DNA of 24,000 nt. It comes from an uncultured archaeon (GTDB taxonomy: Archaea; Halobacteriota; Methanosarcinia; Methanosarcinales; Methanoperedenaceae). The DNA lies in NCBI GenBank assembly GCA_902386135.1, contig CABMIB010000040.1, forward strand, positions 1,916 to 25,915, in the 5' to 3' direction. Under the pieces are notes generated by a model, which made no database searches, was not told the DNA's origin, and was given only the letters and a program-made list of their open reading frames with translations. Each line of letters begins with the position of its first letter. Position 1 is the first letter of the stretch. Both the position numbers and the translations under genes were made by a program. Below, piece after piece: positions 16,267 to 23,850 of the stretch.

Positions 16267-16837
16267 ACGTTTTATCCCTCTTTTTTATCATTATCGGATT
16301 GACATACTATTAAGAATGGTTAACACGAATTTCACAACTATGTTTTTGATGCATTCACTTCGGCCTAACACTGATGAAAGAATTTCTCTCTGTACCTGAG
16401 GCGTAAAGTATTATAGGAGCAGGCTTTGATTTGTGATACCAATGAAGCGAGTCGAACCTGCTCCCCAAAGAGATAATTGTCATTATTAATAATAAATGTT
16501 TCGATGCCATCCAAGACCAAAAAACCAATAATAGTCCTGTTAGCATTTCAGCTCTGGAGACTGTCGGAACAAAACCGAAAACCTTATTAATCGGAAAATA
16601 TCCTTATTTTCATTGGAATGTTTGAGGAACCAAAAAAAGTTTATTGAATCGAATTTTATTGGATAGGATAGGAATTCAGGTTCCTCAGAAAAACGTTTAG
16701 TAGCTTATTGCTTAAAGCAATTTTCCAAAATTACACCCAAATTGTTGCCAGAATTAGCCTCTAACCTGCTTCTCACTTCCAGCCACGCCGGGCATCAAGA
16801 CCAATCTTAATTATCCAGGCGGCTAATAAGGAACGAA

Positions 16838-18442
16838 ATGGACAGAACCGGACCTGCCTGCAGGGAGCTGCTAGAACAGCTCCTCCGAAAAGAGATAACA
16901 AACGAGCAGGAGTTAAATGCAGCTAAAAAAGAAGTGAGCGCACGCTATAAACTTTCCTCCTTGCCGGGTAATTCAATGATACTTGCTGCCGCAAAAGATG
17001 AGGAGAGACAGCAGGTTATTGAACTGCTCCAACTGAAGCCCGTCAGGACAATATCCGGAGTAGCTGTGATAGCTGCAATGACTTCACCTGCTCCCTGCCC
17101 ACATGGATTATGTATCCAGTGCCCGGGCGGTCCGGCCTCAAAATTCCATTCGCCGCAGAGTTATATGGGCGCAGAACCAGCAGCAAGGCGGGCGTTAGAG
17201 AATGGTTTTGACCCTTACATGCAGGTCTCCTCGCGCCTGAGACAGCTTTTAGAGATAGGGCATCAGGTCGGGAAAGCCGAGCTTATCATAATGGGAGGGA
17301 CTTTCACATCGCGGATGCTGTGCTACCAGGAATGGTTCGTGAAGCGTGCCATTGAAGCTATGAATGATTTTTACGGGGAGGAATGGCGGCAGAACAGGAA
17401 GTATATTTCAATCGAAGAAGCCCAGTCTGCCAACGAAGTCGCACGCATCAGGAATGTGGGCATCACGATAGAGACAAGGCCTGACTGGACGGAAAGAGAG
17501 CATATCGATACCATTCTCGGGCTGGGAGCTACGAAGGTGGAGATAGGAGTCCAGAGCACCTATGATTTCATTCTTGCAGGGATACAGCGCGGACATACAG
17601 TTGCGGAAAGTGCGAACGCTAATATGAGACTTCGCGACAGCGGTTTGAAAGTCGGGTTCCATATGATGCCCGGGCTTCCGGGTTCGACGACGGATTCGGA
17701 TCTTCGCATGTTCAAAACGCTATTTGAAGATGAGCGCTTTATGCCTGATTACCTGAAGATATACCCGACGCTGGTGACAGAAGGGACTCGTCTTCACGGG
17801 ATGTGGGAACTCGGGAACTATGCGCCTCTTGAAGTGGAAGAAGCGGTGGAACTTCTCGCAAAAGTAAAATCCATATTGCCTAAATGGGTCCGTTTGCAGA
17901 GGATACAGCGCGACATTCCCGCCTACCAGGTGCTTGCGGGGATCAAAAAAAGCGATATAAGGGAGCTTGCAAAAAAAAGGCTCCTGGAAATGGGAGGCAG
18001 GTGCCGCTGCATCAGGTGCAGGGAGGTCGGGCACAGGGCACTTTCGGGAATAAAGCCAGGGAACATCGAACTTACCACTGAAGAGTATAGAGCCTGCGGC
18101 GGCAAAGAGAACTTCATCTCATTTGAGGACATAGAAAAGGATATATTAATAGGGTTTATCAGGCTCCGTTTCCCCAATGCGCCCCACAGGCAGGAGCTTC
18201 CCGGCGCGGCACTTGTCCGCGAACTGCACGTTTACGGCTCGATGGTTCTTCCGGGTGACAGCGCGGGCAGGGCGCAGTGGCAGCACAGGGGATACGGCGA
18301 GGAACTTCTGGCGCAGGCCGAAGAGATGGCACGCTCGGCAGGATATGAGAAGATAGCAGTGACGAGCGCTATAGGGGTACGGGATTATTACAGGAAGTTC
18401 GGCTACGGGCGCGAAGGCGCTTATATGACAAAGAGGCTTTGA
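16838..18442 (+). CDS. elp3: Elp3-type tRNA uridine(34) modification enzyme (radical SAM + GNAT domains)
   Basis: 534 aa. Radical-SAM cluster motif CPHGLCIQCPGG (Cx4Cx2C as in archaeal Elp3). C-terminal acetyltransferase motif QHRGYGEELL. Confidence 0.95.
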   Translation: MDRTGPACRELLEQLLRKEITNEQELNAAKKEVSARYKLSSLPGNSMILAAAKDEERQQVIELLQLKPVRTISGVAVIAAMTSPAPCPHGLCIQCPGGPASKFHSPQSYMGAEPAARRALENGFDPYMQVSSRLRQLLEIGHQVGKAELIIMGGTFTSRMLCYQEWFVKRAIEAMNDFYGEEWRQNRKYISIEEAQSANEVARIRNVGITIETRPDWTEREHIDTILGLGATKVEIGVQSTYDFILAGIQRGHTVAESANANMRLRDSGLKVGFHMMPGLPGSTTDSDLRMFKTLFEDERFMPDYLKIYPTLVTEGTRLHGMWELGNYAPLEVEEAVELLAKVKSILPKWVRLQRIQRDIPAYQVLAGIKKSDIRELAKKRLLEMGGRCRCIRCREVGHRALSGIKPGNIELTTEEYRACGGKENFISFEDIEKDILIGFIRLRFPNAPHRQELPGAALVRELHVYGSMVLPGDSAGRAQWQHRGYGEELLAQAEEMARSAGYEKIAVTSAIGVRDYYRKFGYGREGAYMTKRL

Positions 18443-18555
18443 CTTTTAGATCGTGTGAAGTCTTGAGTAGAATGTAGCATAACCTAAGTATCTATAATAA
18501 TTAGCCCCAAAATTTAGCTTTAGTTTGCGTGATAACTTGCTGCGTATAGCGAATT

Positions 18556-18626
18556 CACCGCAAAGAACGCAAAGTTCGCAAAGAATTTTATTGCTATGCT
18601 TTGCGAACTTTGCGTTCTTTGCGGTG
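18556..18626. repeat. Perfect 28-bp inverted repeat with a 15-nt loop; each arm is three 9-nt units CGCAAAGNN
   Basis: The left arm is 18556-18583, CACCGCAAAGAACGCAAAGTTCGCAAAG. The right arm 18599-18626 is its exact reverse complement. It lies between the convergent elp3 and pirin genes. Confidence 0.95.
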
Positions 18627-18713
18627 TTTAATCCCATCAATCCGTGGAATATTTCAGACTGACGAATATATGGACTCCCCGTAATGGCTATAATTTACGG
18701 TTGGTTACTATAG

Positions 18714-19430
18714 CTAAACCAGATGTACCTCCACCAGCAGAAGTTCGGCATCTTTTTCCGCCCCGACACGCAGTTCCCGCTCTCGCTCCGCCATTACAGC
18801 TCCAAGCGCGGGAACCGGTTCGCCGTTCACCTCCACGGGTCCACCCTCAAGCACATACAGGTATGCTCCGCGCCCTTCTTCGAGCTGGAAATCTACTTTT
18901 TTACCCGCCTCAAGGAAGCAGGAATACACAGCCGCGTCCGAAACTATGCGCAGCGCGCCGGGATGGGTATTGGAGACCAGGGGGAGGAAACGGTTCGTCC
19001 TTTCCGGCTTCTCAACGGCTTTTTGCTCAACCGAGGGTTCAAGTCCGTGCTTTGAAGGAAAGAACCACATCTGGATAAAGCGCATGGGTTTATCAGGCAG
19101 GTTATTAAGTTCTGAGTGCCACATGCCTTTTCCCACGGTAGTATGCTGCACCCAGCCCTTCCTGAGTATCCCGCCTTTCCCATGCTCATCTGCGTGCCTG
19201 AACTCTCCCTCGGCGCAGTAGGTCACGACCTCATTATCGCGGTGCGGATGCAGGGGCCAGACAGCACCGGGAGAGAGCGTATCATCGTTAAAGACGCGCA
19301 GGGTGCCGAAATGAGTGTACTTGGGGTCGTAGTACTCATCGAAAGAGAAGTGCCATCTTCCGTGAAAAGTGCCGTTCTCTATCTCGCCGTGAGCCTGGTA
19401 AATGGTGTCCGGACTTCTAATAGCAATCAT
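18714..19430 (-). CDS. Pirin family (bicupin) protein, YhhW-like
   Basis: WHFSFDEYYDP...HPHRDNEVVTYCAEGEFRHADEHG are pirin N-terminal cupin motifs. The ATG at 19430 (MIAIRSP..., GGGGGA 4 nt upstream) aligns with the YhhW start. The track start at 19493 is a GTG. Confidence 0.88.
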   Translation of the reverse strand: MIAIRSPDTIYQAHGEIENGTFHGRWHFSFDEYYDPKYTHFGTLRVFNDDTLSPGAVWPLHPHRDNEVVTYCAEGEFRHADEHGKGGILRKGWVQHTTVGKGMWHSELNNLPDKPMRFIQMWFFPSKHGLEPSVEQKAVEKPERTNRFLPLVSNTHPGALRIVSDAAVYSCFLEAGKKVDFQLEEGRGAYLYVLEGGPVEVNGEPVPALGAVMAERERELRVGAEKDAELLLVEVHLV

Positions 19431-19657
19431 TGTTCCCCCGCTGTGATCAATAAGTTTGATCCTGTTCTCGTAAATAGCTAACGTGCGAAACACATGTGTT
19501 ATTAGAGAAATATCCTGATGAGAGGAGGAAACAATGAGCCAGTTTTAGCAAAGCGTTAAGACGCGGACTGGAAATGAAGCCCGGAAATTAAAACTGTTGC
19601 CTCGGATATGGATAACTTATTAATATCAAAGGTTATAATATATAGTGGAGGCTTGAA

Positions 19658-20395
19658 ATGTTTAAGGCAGTAATTGGCGCAGAAAAACTAAAGGACGCGA
19701 TCGAATCAATATCCACACTCGTTGATGAAGCAAGATTCAAACTCACGGCAGATGGTATATCTGTAAGAGCTGTCGACCCCGCCAATGTCGCAATGGTGAG
19801 TCTTGACCTTGCAAAAGATGCTTTCGATTCATTTGAGGCGACGGAAGGAGAGCTTGGCATCGACCTGACGAAATTGAACGGCATAATGGAAATGGCTGAT
19901 AAGAACGATAATATCGAACTTTCTCTTGATGAGACCGCCCATAAACTCGTTATCCGGATGCGTGAGCTTTCTTACACCATGTCCCTGCTTGACCCTTCAT
20001 CCATAAGAAAAGAGCCGAAAGTCCCTGCTCTTGACCTGCCTGCGCATATCGTCATACGTGGCGAGGACCTGAAAAGAGCGGTGAGGGCTGCCGAAAAGGT
20101 AAGCGACTATATGTCCATGGGAGTGCGCGGAGAAGTCTTCTTCATGGAAGCCGAAGGAGATACGGATAACGTCCAGCTGGAGATGGCAAAAGATCAGTTG
20201 GTAGACCTCAAGGCAGGGGATGCAAAATCGCTGTTCTCGCTTGATTATCTTACCGATATAAGCAAAATCGCAGGAAAAACCGGAGAGGTCTCAATAGATA
20301 TCGGAAAAGATTATCCCCTGAAAGTCAGGTTCAAGATAGCGCAGGGTCACGGCGATGTCAGTTACATGCTGGCCCCCAGGGTAGAATCCGAGTAG
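19658..20395 (+). CDS. pcn: DNA polymerase sliding clamp PCNA
   Basis: 245 aa. MFKAVIGAEKLKDAIESISTLVDEARFKLTADGISVRAVDPANVAMVSLDL is the typical archaeal PCNA N-terminus. GGAGG lies upstream. Confidence 0.95.
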   Translation: MFKAVIGAEKLKDAIESISTLVDEARFKLTADGISVRAVDPANVAMVSLDLAKDAFDSFEATEGELGIDLTKLNGIMEMADKNDNIELSLDETAHKLVIRMRELSYTMSLLDPSSIRKEPKVPALDLPAHIVIRGEDLKRAVRAAEKVSDYMSMGVRGEVFFMEAEGDTDNVQLEMAKDQLVDLKAGDAKSLFSLDYLTDISKIAGKTGEVSIDIGKDYPLKVRFKIAQGHGDVSYMLAPRVESE

Positions 20396-20397
20396 GC

Positions 20398-21429
20398 ATG
20401 GATGTCTTCGGTTTCGCATATTTTCCTTTTGTTCACGGCGCTTTAAAATACGTGGAATCCCTGGACTTTAAACTTGATGAACTTTTTTATGATAAAGCCT
20501 TCGAGAAGGTGAGGGAAAGAGGGAAAGAGCGCGTCCTTCAGGCTATCCGGGATGGTGTCCTGAAACACGAGGTCTCCGACAGGATAAGTGCTGAAAAGGA
20601 ACTGCTATCGTACCCGGTCGCAAGGATACTTGTTTCATGCATCAATGACGGATACCTTATACGGCGCTACGCCCTTGCCGAGGCAAAATCCTCCTACGAG
20701 CAGATAAAAAAACTGCAGGATGATGTACTTAAAGAACTTGCCTTCGATTTCGACATTAACTGCGATGTTGAAGATCATACCTATGCGATGCATTTTTCAG
20801 ATTATATCCGCTACGCGAGCGCCATCCACGAAAAGGAATGGAAGCTGATAAACAGGAAAATGAACCGTGGCCAGGTCCATTTAGCCAGGGAGGAGTTCTC
20901 GCGCATCCTGGAAGAGGCTATAAGGAAAAGGATTGAATCAAGCCTGCCTGTTGACGTGCCTGATGACATCGGCTCTGCTCTTGAAACATACCTTGGAGAA
21001 ATACGCAGCAGCCTCAGCGCGCGCAAATCCGAGTTCAGCATCGAAGAGTTCCGGGAAATAATGCCGGATTGTTTTCCCCCGTGTATGGCACATTCCCTCT
21101 CAAACGCCCAGGCAGGCGTGAACCTTGCGCATTCCATGCGCTTTGCCCTCACTTCCTTCCTGCTCAATATCGGGATGAACGTGGAAGGGATTATCGAACT
21201 TTTCAAGGTCTCACCGGATTTTGATGAGGAGCGCACAAGGTACCAGGTAATGCACATCCACGGCTCCACGGGAACCGTCTATAAATCCCCTTCGTGCGCC
21301 ACCATGACAACTTACGGGAACTGCTTTGGCAAAGAACCCTTATGTGAGCGGATTTCGCATCCCCTGGGTTACTACAGGAAAAAGGCATGGATATTGAAGA
21401 AAGGAAAAACTGCTGAAAAACCTGAATAA
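20398..21429 (+). CDS. priL: DNA primase large subunit PriL
   Basis: 343 aa. It starts 2 nt after the PCNA stop. C-terminal Fe-S cysteines lie in CFPPCM, SPSCATM and GNCFGKEPLC. Confidence 0.9.
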   Translation: MDVFGFAYFPFVHGALKYVESLDFKLDELFYDKAFEKVRERGKERVLQAIRDGVLKHEVSDRISAEKELLSYPVARILVSCINDGYLIRRYALAEAKSSYEQIKKLQDDVLKELAFDFDINCDVEDHTYAMHFSDYIRYASAIHEKEWKLINRKMNRGQVHLAREEFSRILEEAIRKRIESSLPVDVPDDIGSALETYLGEIRSSLSARKSEFSIEEFREIMPDCFPPCMAHSLSNAQAGVNLAHSMRFALTSFLLNIGMNVEGIIELFKVSPDFDEERTRYQVMHIHGSTGTVYKSPSCATMTTYGNCFGKEPLCERISHPLGYYRKKAWILKKGKTAEKPE

Positions 21430-21472
21430 ACTGCAAAACATATATCCAGATGAATATCAATATAGGCACAGA

Positions 21473-22477
21473 ATGTTCAAGGGCTTTAATTTCTGGAAAC
21501 AGCGGGCTTTCAAGAACCTGTTATCACAGCCTGGCAACAGGCTTACTATCTATACCCGGAACAACCCGGACCCTGACTCGCTTGCAAGTTCACTTGCGCT
21601 CAAGAGGATCGCAGAACATTACAACCTGGAAGCCGCTATCTACTATACAGGGACGATACAGAACAGGACCCTTGTCAATATCCTCGGCGACGATGTGATG
21701 AATGCACCGCAGATATCCTCATCCCGGAACTGCACGGCTTTTGTTGACCTGCTGCCCACGGAGTTGCCCGGCGAAAAAATTAGTCCCACGATAGTGATAG
21801 GGCATACCCTTGGCAACACAGAAGGGATACGCTGCGCCTACCAGGATGTCAGGACGACTGAAACCACATCGAGCATAATGGCAGAGTACCTGAAAAAACT
21901 CGGCGTGGCAATAGATAAAAGGCTGGCAACTTTGCTTCTTTTTGCTATCAGGGAAAAGACCAAGACCCTTATAGCGAATTTTACACTGCATGATCTTGAA
22001 TCCTACTGGTTCATCCATAAATATGCGGATATGGAATTGCTGAACAGCCTTGAGCACCCATCAGCCAGGATTGATACTTTCGAAGATCTTTCACGCGCGA
22101 TCGCAAATAAAATAATGAAGGGAGCATCCCTGTTCACCACGATAGGTTATGTAAAAGACCCGGGCACGATTCCCAGGGTCTGCAGATACATGCTGGATAT
22201 AGAAGGCATTTCAACTGCCCTTGTGCTTGCTATCAATGCGACAAAGATATATGTTTACGCAGAGTCAAAAAACATGGAACTTAACATGAAGAACGTTCTC
22301 AAGAAAGCGTTCGGGGAATGGGGCGAAGTCACGGGCGGTCCGCTCCATGCTAACACTTCGATACCTCTCGGTGTGTTCGGTATCGCCGCAAGTGCCGAAA
22401 GCGCAAAACCGCTTCTACTAAAGTCTATCAGCGACTCAATATCTTCGCGCTATTTCTATGTCCTTGAAGCTGAATAA
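21473..22477 (+). CDS. DHH/DHHA1-family (NrnA/RecJ-like) protein with apparently degenerate catalytic motifs
   Basis: Motif I is NPDPDSLASS and motif II is AFVDL. At the DHH position the sequence is VIGHT, and at the GGGH position it is TGGPLHA. 334 aa. Confidence 0.75.
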   Translation: MFKGFNFWKQRAFKNLLSQPGNRLTIYTRNNPDPDSLASSLALKRIAEHYNLEAAIYYTGTIQNRTLVNILGDDVMNAPQISSSRNCTAFVDLLPTELPGEKISPTIVIGHTLGNTEGIRCAYQDVRTTETTSSIMAEYLKKLGVAIDKRLATLLLFAIREKTKTLIANFTLHDLESYWFIHKYADMELLNSLEHPSARIDTFEDLSRAIANKIMKGASLFTTIGYVKDPGTIPRVCRYMLDIEGISTALVLAINATKIYVYAESKNMELNMKNVLKKAFGEWGEVTGGPLHANTSIPLGVFGIAASAESAKPLLLKSISDSISSRYFYVLEAE

Positions 22478-22611
22478 CGCCTGCCGCGCGCGCACTGGAC
22501 GCATATTCCCTCTCCTGTAAGACACCGGGAACACACGAGTCTCCCGCAAAGCTGGCATGTAAACAGCTTTCCGGGACGCCCGCAGATACTGCAAATTCCG
22601 GTTACTTCCAT
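22456..22611 (-). CDS. Unannotated 51-aa zinc-finger microprotein with four CxxC motifs
   Basis: Hand translation gives MEVTGICSICGRPGKLFTCQLCGRLVCSRCLTGEGICVQCARGRRYSASRT*. GGGGAGAG lies just upstream of the ATG. It overlaps the convergent DHH gene 3' end by 22 nt. Confidence 0.45.
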   Translation of the reverse strand: MEVTGICSICGRPGKLFTCQLCGRLVCSRCLTGEGICVQCARGRRYSASRT

Positions 22612-22630
22612 GCTCTCCCCGTATAATTGA

Positions 22631-22768
22631 TTAAGATGCCTGGTATGGAACGAAAAACTCCTCTATCATCCATGATTCAAGCTCATCGGATTCCTTCTTC
22701 TTCCCCGGGTTGATCAACAATGACCTTTTTTGCTGTATTTCAGACATTTTTTTATTCATTTGTATCAT
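22631..22768 (-). CDS. Possible 45-aa ORF (weak)
   Basis: MIQMNKKMSEIQQKRSLLINPGKKKESDELESWMIEEFFVPYQAS*. No convincing SD. It is supported only by its position between two co-directional small genes. Confidence 0.2.
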   Translation of the reverse strand: MIQMNKKMSEIQQKRSLLINPGKKKESDELESWMIEEFFVPYQAS

Positions 22769-22820
22769 GGCACCCTTTTAGCCGTCTCCATAAAATCTGA
22801 GGTGCTGTGAGCACTTAAAG

Positions 22821-23033
22821 CTATCGATTTCCTCCTGTCACAACCCTCAGTATCTCAATATCATCTGCAGTTAATTTCTCATCCAACGGAACAGGAACAC
22901 CGCCGCGAAATACGATAACTATCTCAGGATTGATATGAAGAGACTCAAGGAGCTCTTCATATGTTGAATCCGCCAGAACCTCTAATTCCTGTTCTTTTAC
23001 ACCGCCGGACAGTATTTTTACCCTTACTTTCAA
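22821..23033 (-). CDS. ThiS/MoaD/SAMP2-like ubiquitin-fold protein; the diglycine is followed by two residues (..VVTGGNR)
   Basis: 70 aa. The beta-grasp pattern is MKVRVKIL...STYEELLESLHINPEIVIVFRGGVPVPLDEKLTADDIEILRVVTGGNR. TTG is the only possible start, because an in-frame TGA lies at 23043-23045. That TTG is 2 nt after the stop of the preceding small ORF. Confidence 0.7.
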   Translation of the reverse strand: MKVRVKILSGGVKEQELEVLADSTYEELLESLHINPEIVIVFRGGVPVPLDEKLTADDIEILRVVTGGNR

Positions 23034-23035
23034 AT

Positions 23036-23173
23036 CTACTCTTCAGGCAGTTCTTCTAACTCCACATTCATTTTTGTTAAATCCTCAAGATGCTCTTCTA
23101 TCAATTTGTTCTCCAGAATTTTCTGCTTTTTCTCACCTTTTCTCTCCAGACCCCGCTTTTTAAGTTTTGACAT
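23036..23173 (-). CDS. Unannotated 45-aa charged helical micro-ORF, translationally coupled to the Ubl gene
   Basis: MSKLKKRGLERKGEKKQKILENKLIEEHLEDLTKMNVELEELPEE*. GAGGT lies 7 nt upstream of the ATG. Its stop TAG is 2 nt before the TTG of the next gene. Confidence 0.4.
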   Translation of the reverse strand: MSKLKKRGLERKGEKKQKILENKLIEEHLEDLTKMNVELEELPEE

Positions 23174-23303
23174 ATTTTTTACCTCGCATCTCTTTGATTT
23201 GCTCTTGATTTACTTCAAGAGTTTGTTCTTAGGCTGTTCTTCTGTCTCCTTTCGGAGACCGGTATTTATTGATGACCGTGCCAGTTAGATAACACTGCCC
23301 GGA

Positions 23304-23762
23304 TCATCCATGATAATATGTCGGCTCTTCTTTTTTCTTCTGCATCTGCTGGAAGTTGATAACAGGAACCGGCATCGATGGTGGTAGCCCGAGTGCTTTT
23401 GACAACAGCAGCGCAAGAGGTGCCAGGTTAGCCACCATGGTATTTGCGATCTCGTTCTGGATATCTCCAGGCGCTTTTCCGGAATCCCATTTATCTTTTA
23501 TATCCTTTAAGTCATCTTCGCTGTAATAATCCGATAACCCCTCAAACCTGATATGACCGACATTCGGGCTCAGGTAGTTTATAGCGAAAGTGTACTCCAC
23601 CCTGAGCACGGATTTCTCCCCGAACGGCGTGTTCTGGGCCACTAAGGAGGGATTTCTAAGATTAATATCATAATTTATGTTAATATTCTTGTATTTCCTG
23701 ATATCTTCAGAGCTTGAGTATACCTTGGATTCCACGTTTATAAGCTGAAAGTTTAAAATCAT
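23304..23762 (-). CDS. Hypothetical 152-aa protein, cysteine-free, with a SecB-like sequence pattern
   Basis: Complete ORF with an ATG start. No family is recognised with certainty. See the finding for the by-eye SecB comparison. Confidence 0.65.
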   Translation of the reverse strand: MILNFQLINVESKVYSSSEDIRKYKNININYDINLRNPSLVAQNTPFGEKSVLRVEYTFAINYLSPNVGHIRFEGLSDYYSEDDLKDIKDKWDSGKAPGDIQNEIANTMVANLAPLALLLSKALGLPPSMPVPVINFQQMQKKKEEPTYYHG

Positions 23763-23850
23763 GTTTTATCATTATTTATTATGCATCCCTGAAGTATTAA
23801 ACTATTCCTTCAGTACTTCCGAAACCCCAGACTTCCGAATGACTTAGAGC

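Noticed and set aside
16372-16399. TGATGA followed by CTGA, a possible C/D-box sRNA
   Set aside because: The C to D' spacing is too long, no C'/D pair follows, and there is no terminal stem. It is probably chance.
16416-16464. GGAGCAGG...GAGTCGAACCTGCTCC, reminiscent of a tRNA T-arm/acceptor fragment or att site
   Set aside because: It cannot be folded into a T-arm (no matching 5-bp stem around a TTCGAxT loop). No D or anticodon arm is present. It is only an 8-bp inverted repeat.
16355-16546. 63-aa minus-strand ORF upstream of the RHH micro-ORF as a possible toxin partner
   Set aside because: It has no SD, no recognisable toxin motifs and a low-complexity hydrophobic N-terminus in AT-rich DNA. 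It also lies upstream rather than downstream of the RHH, with an 88-nt gap.
16623-16687. 9-bp inverted repeat TGAGGAACC/GGTTCCTCA with a 47-nt spacer upstream of elp3
   Set aside because: It is a single short stem with a large AT-rich loop and no supporting nested structure or adjacent oligo-T. It could be chance.
18446-18640. 64-aa minus-strand ORF between elp3 and pirin
   Set aside because: It spans the 28-bp perfect inverted repeat. Its repeated AKNAKFAK/CELCVLC peptides are simply the translation of the palindrome arms, and there is no SD.
22631-22768. C-terminal ..SWMIEEFFVPYQAS of the weak 45-aa ORF as a PCNA-interacting (PIP-box-like) peptide near the PCNA cluster
   Set aside because: It lacks the canonical Q, the ORF itself has no good translation signal, and it is 2 kb from pcn on the other strand. 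This is too speculative to report as a finding.
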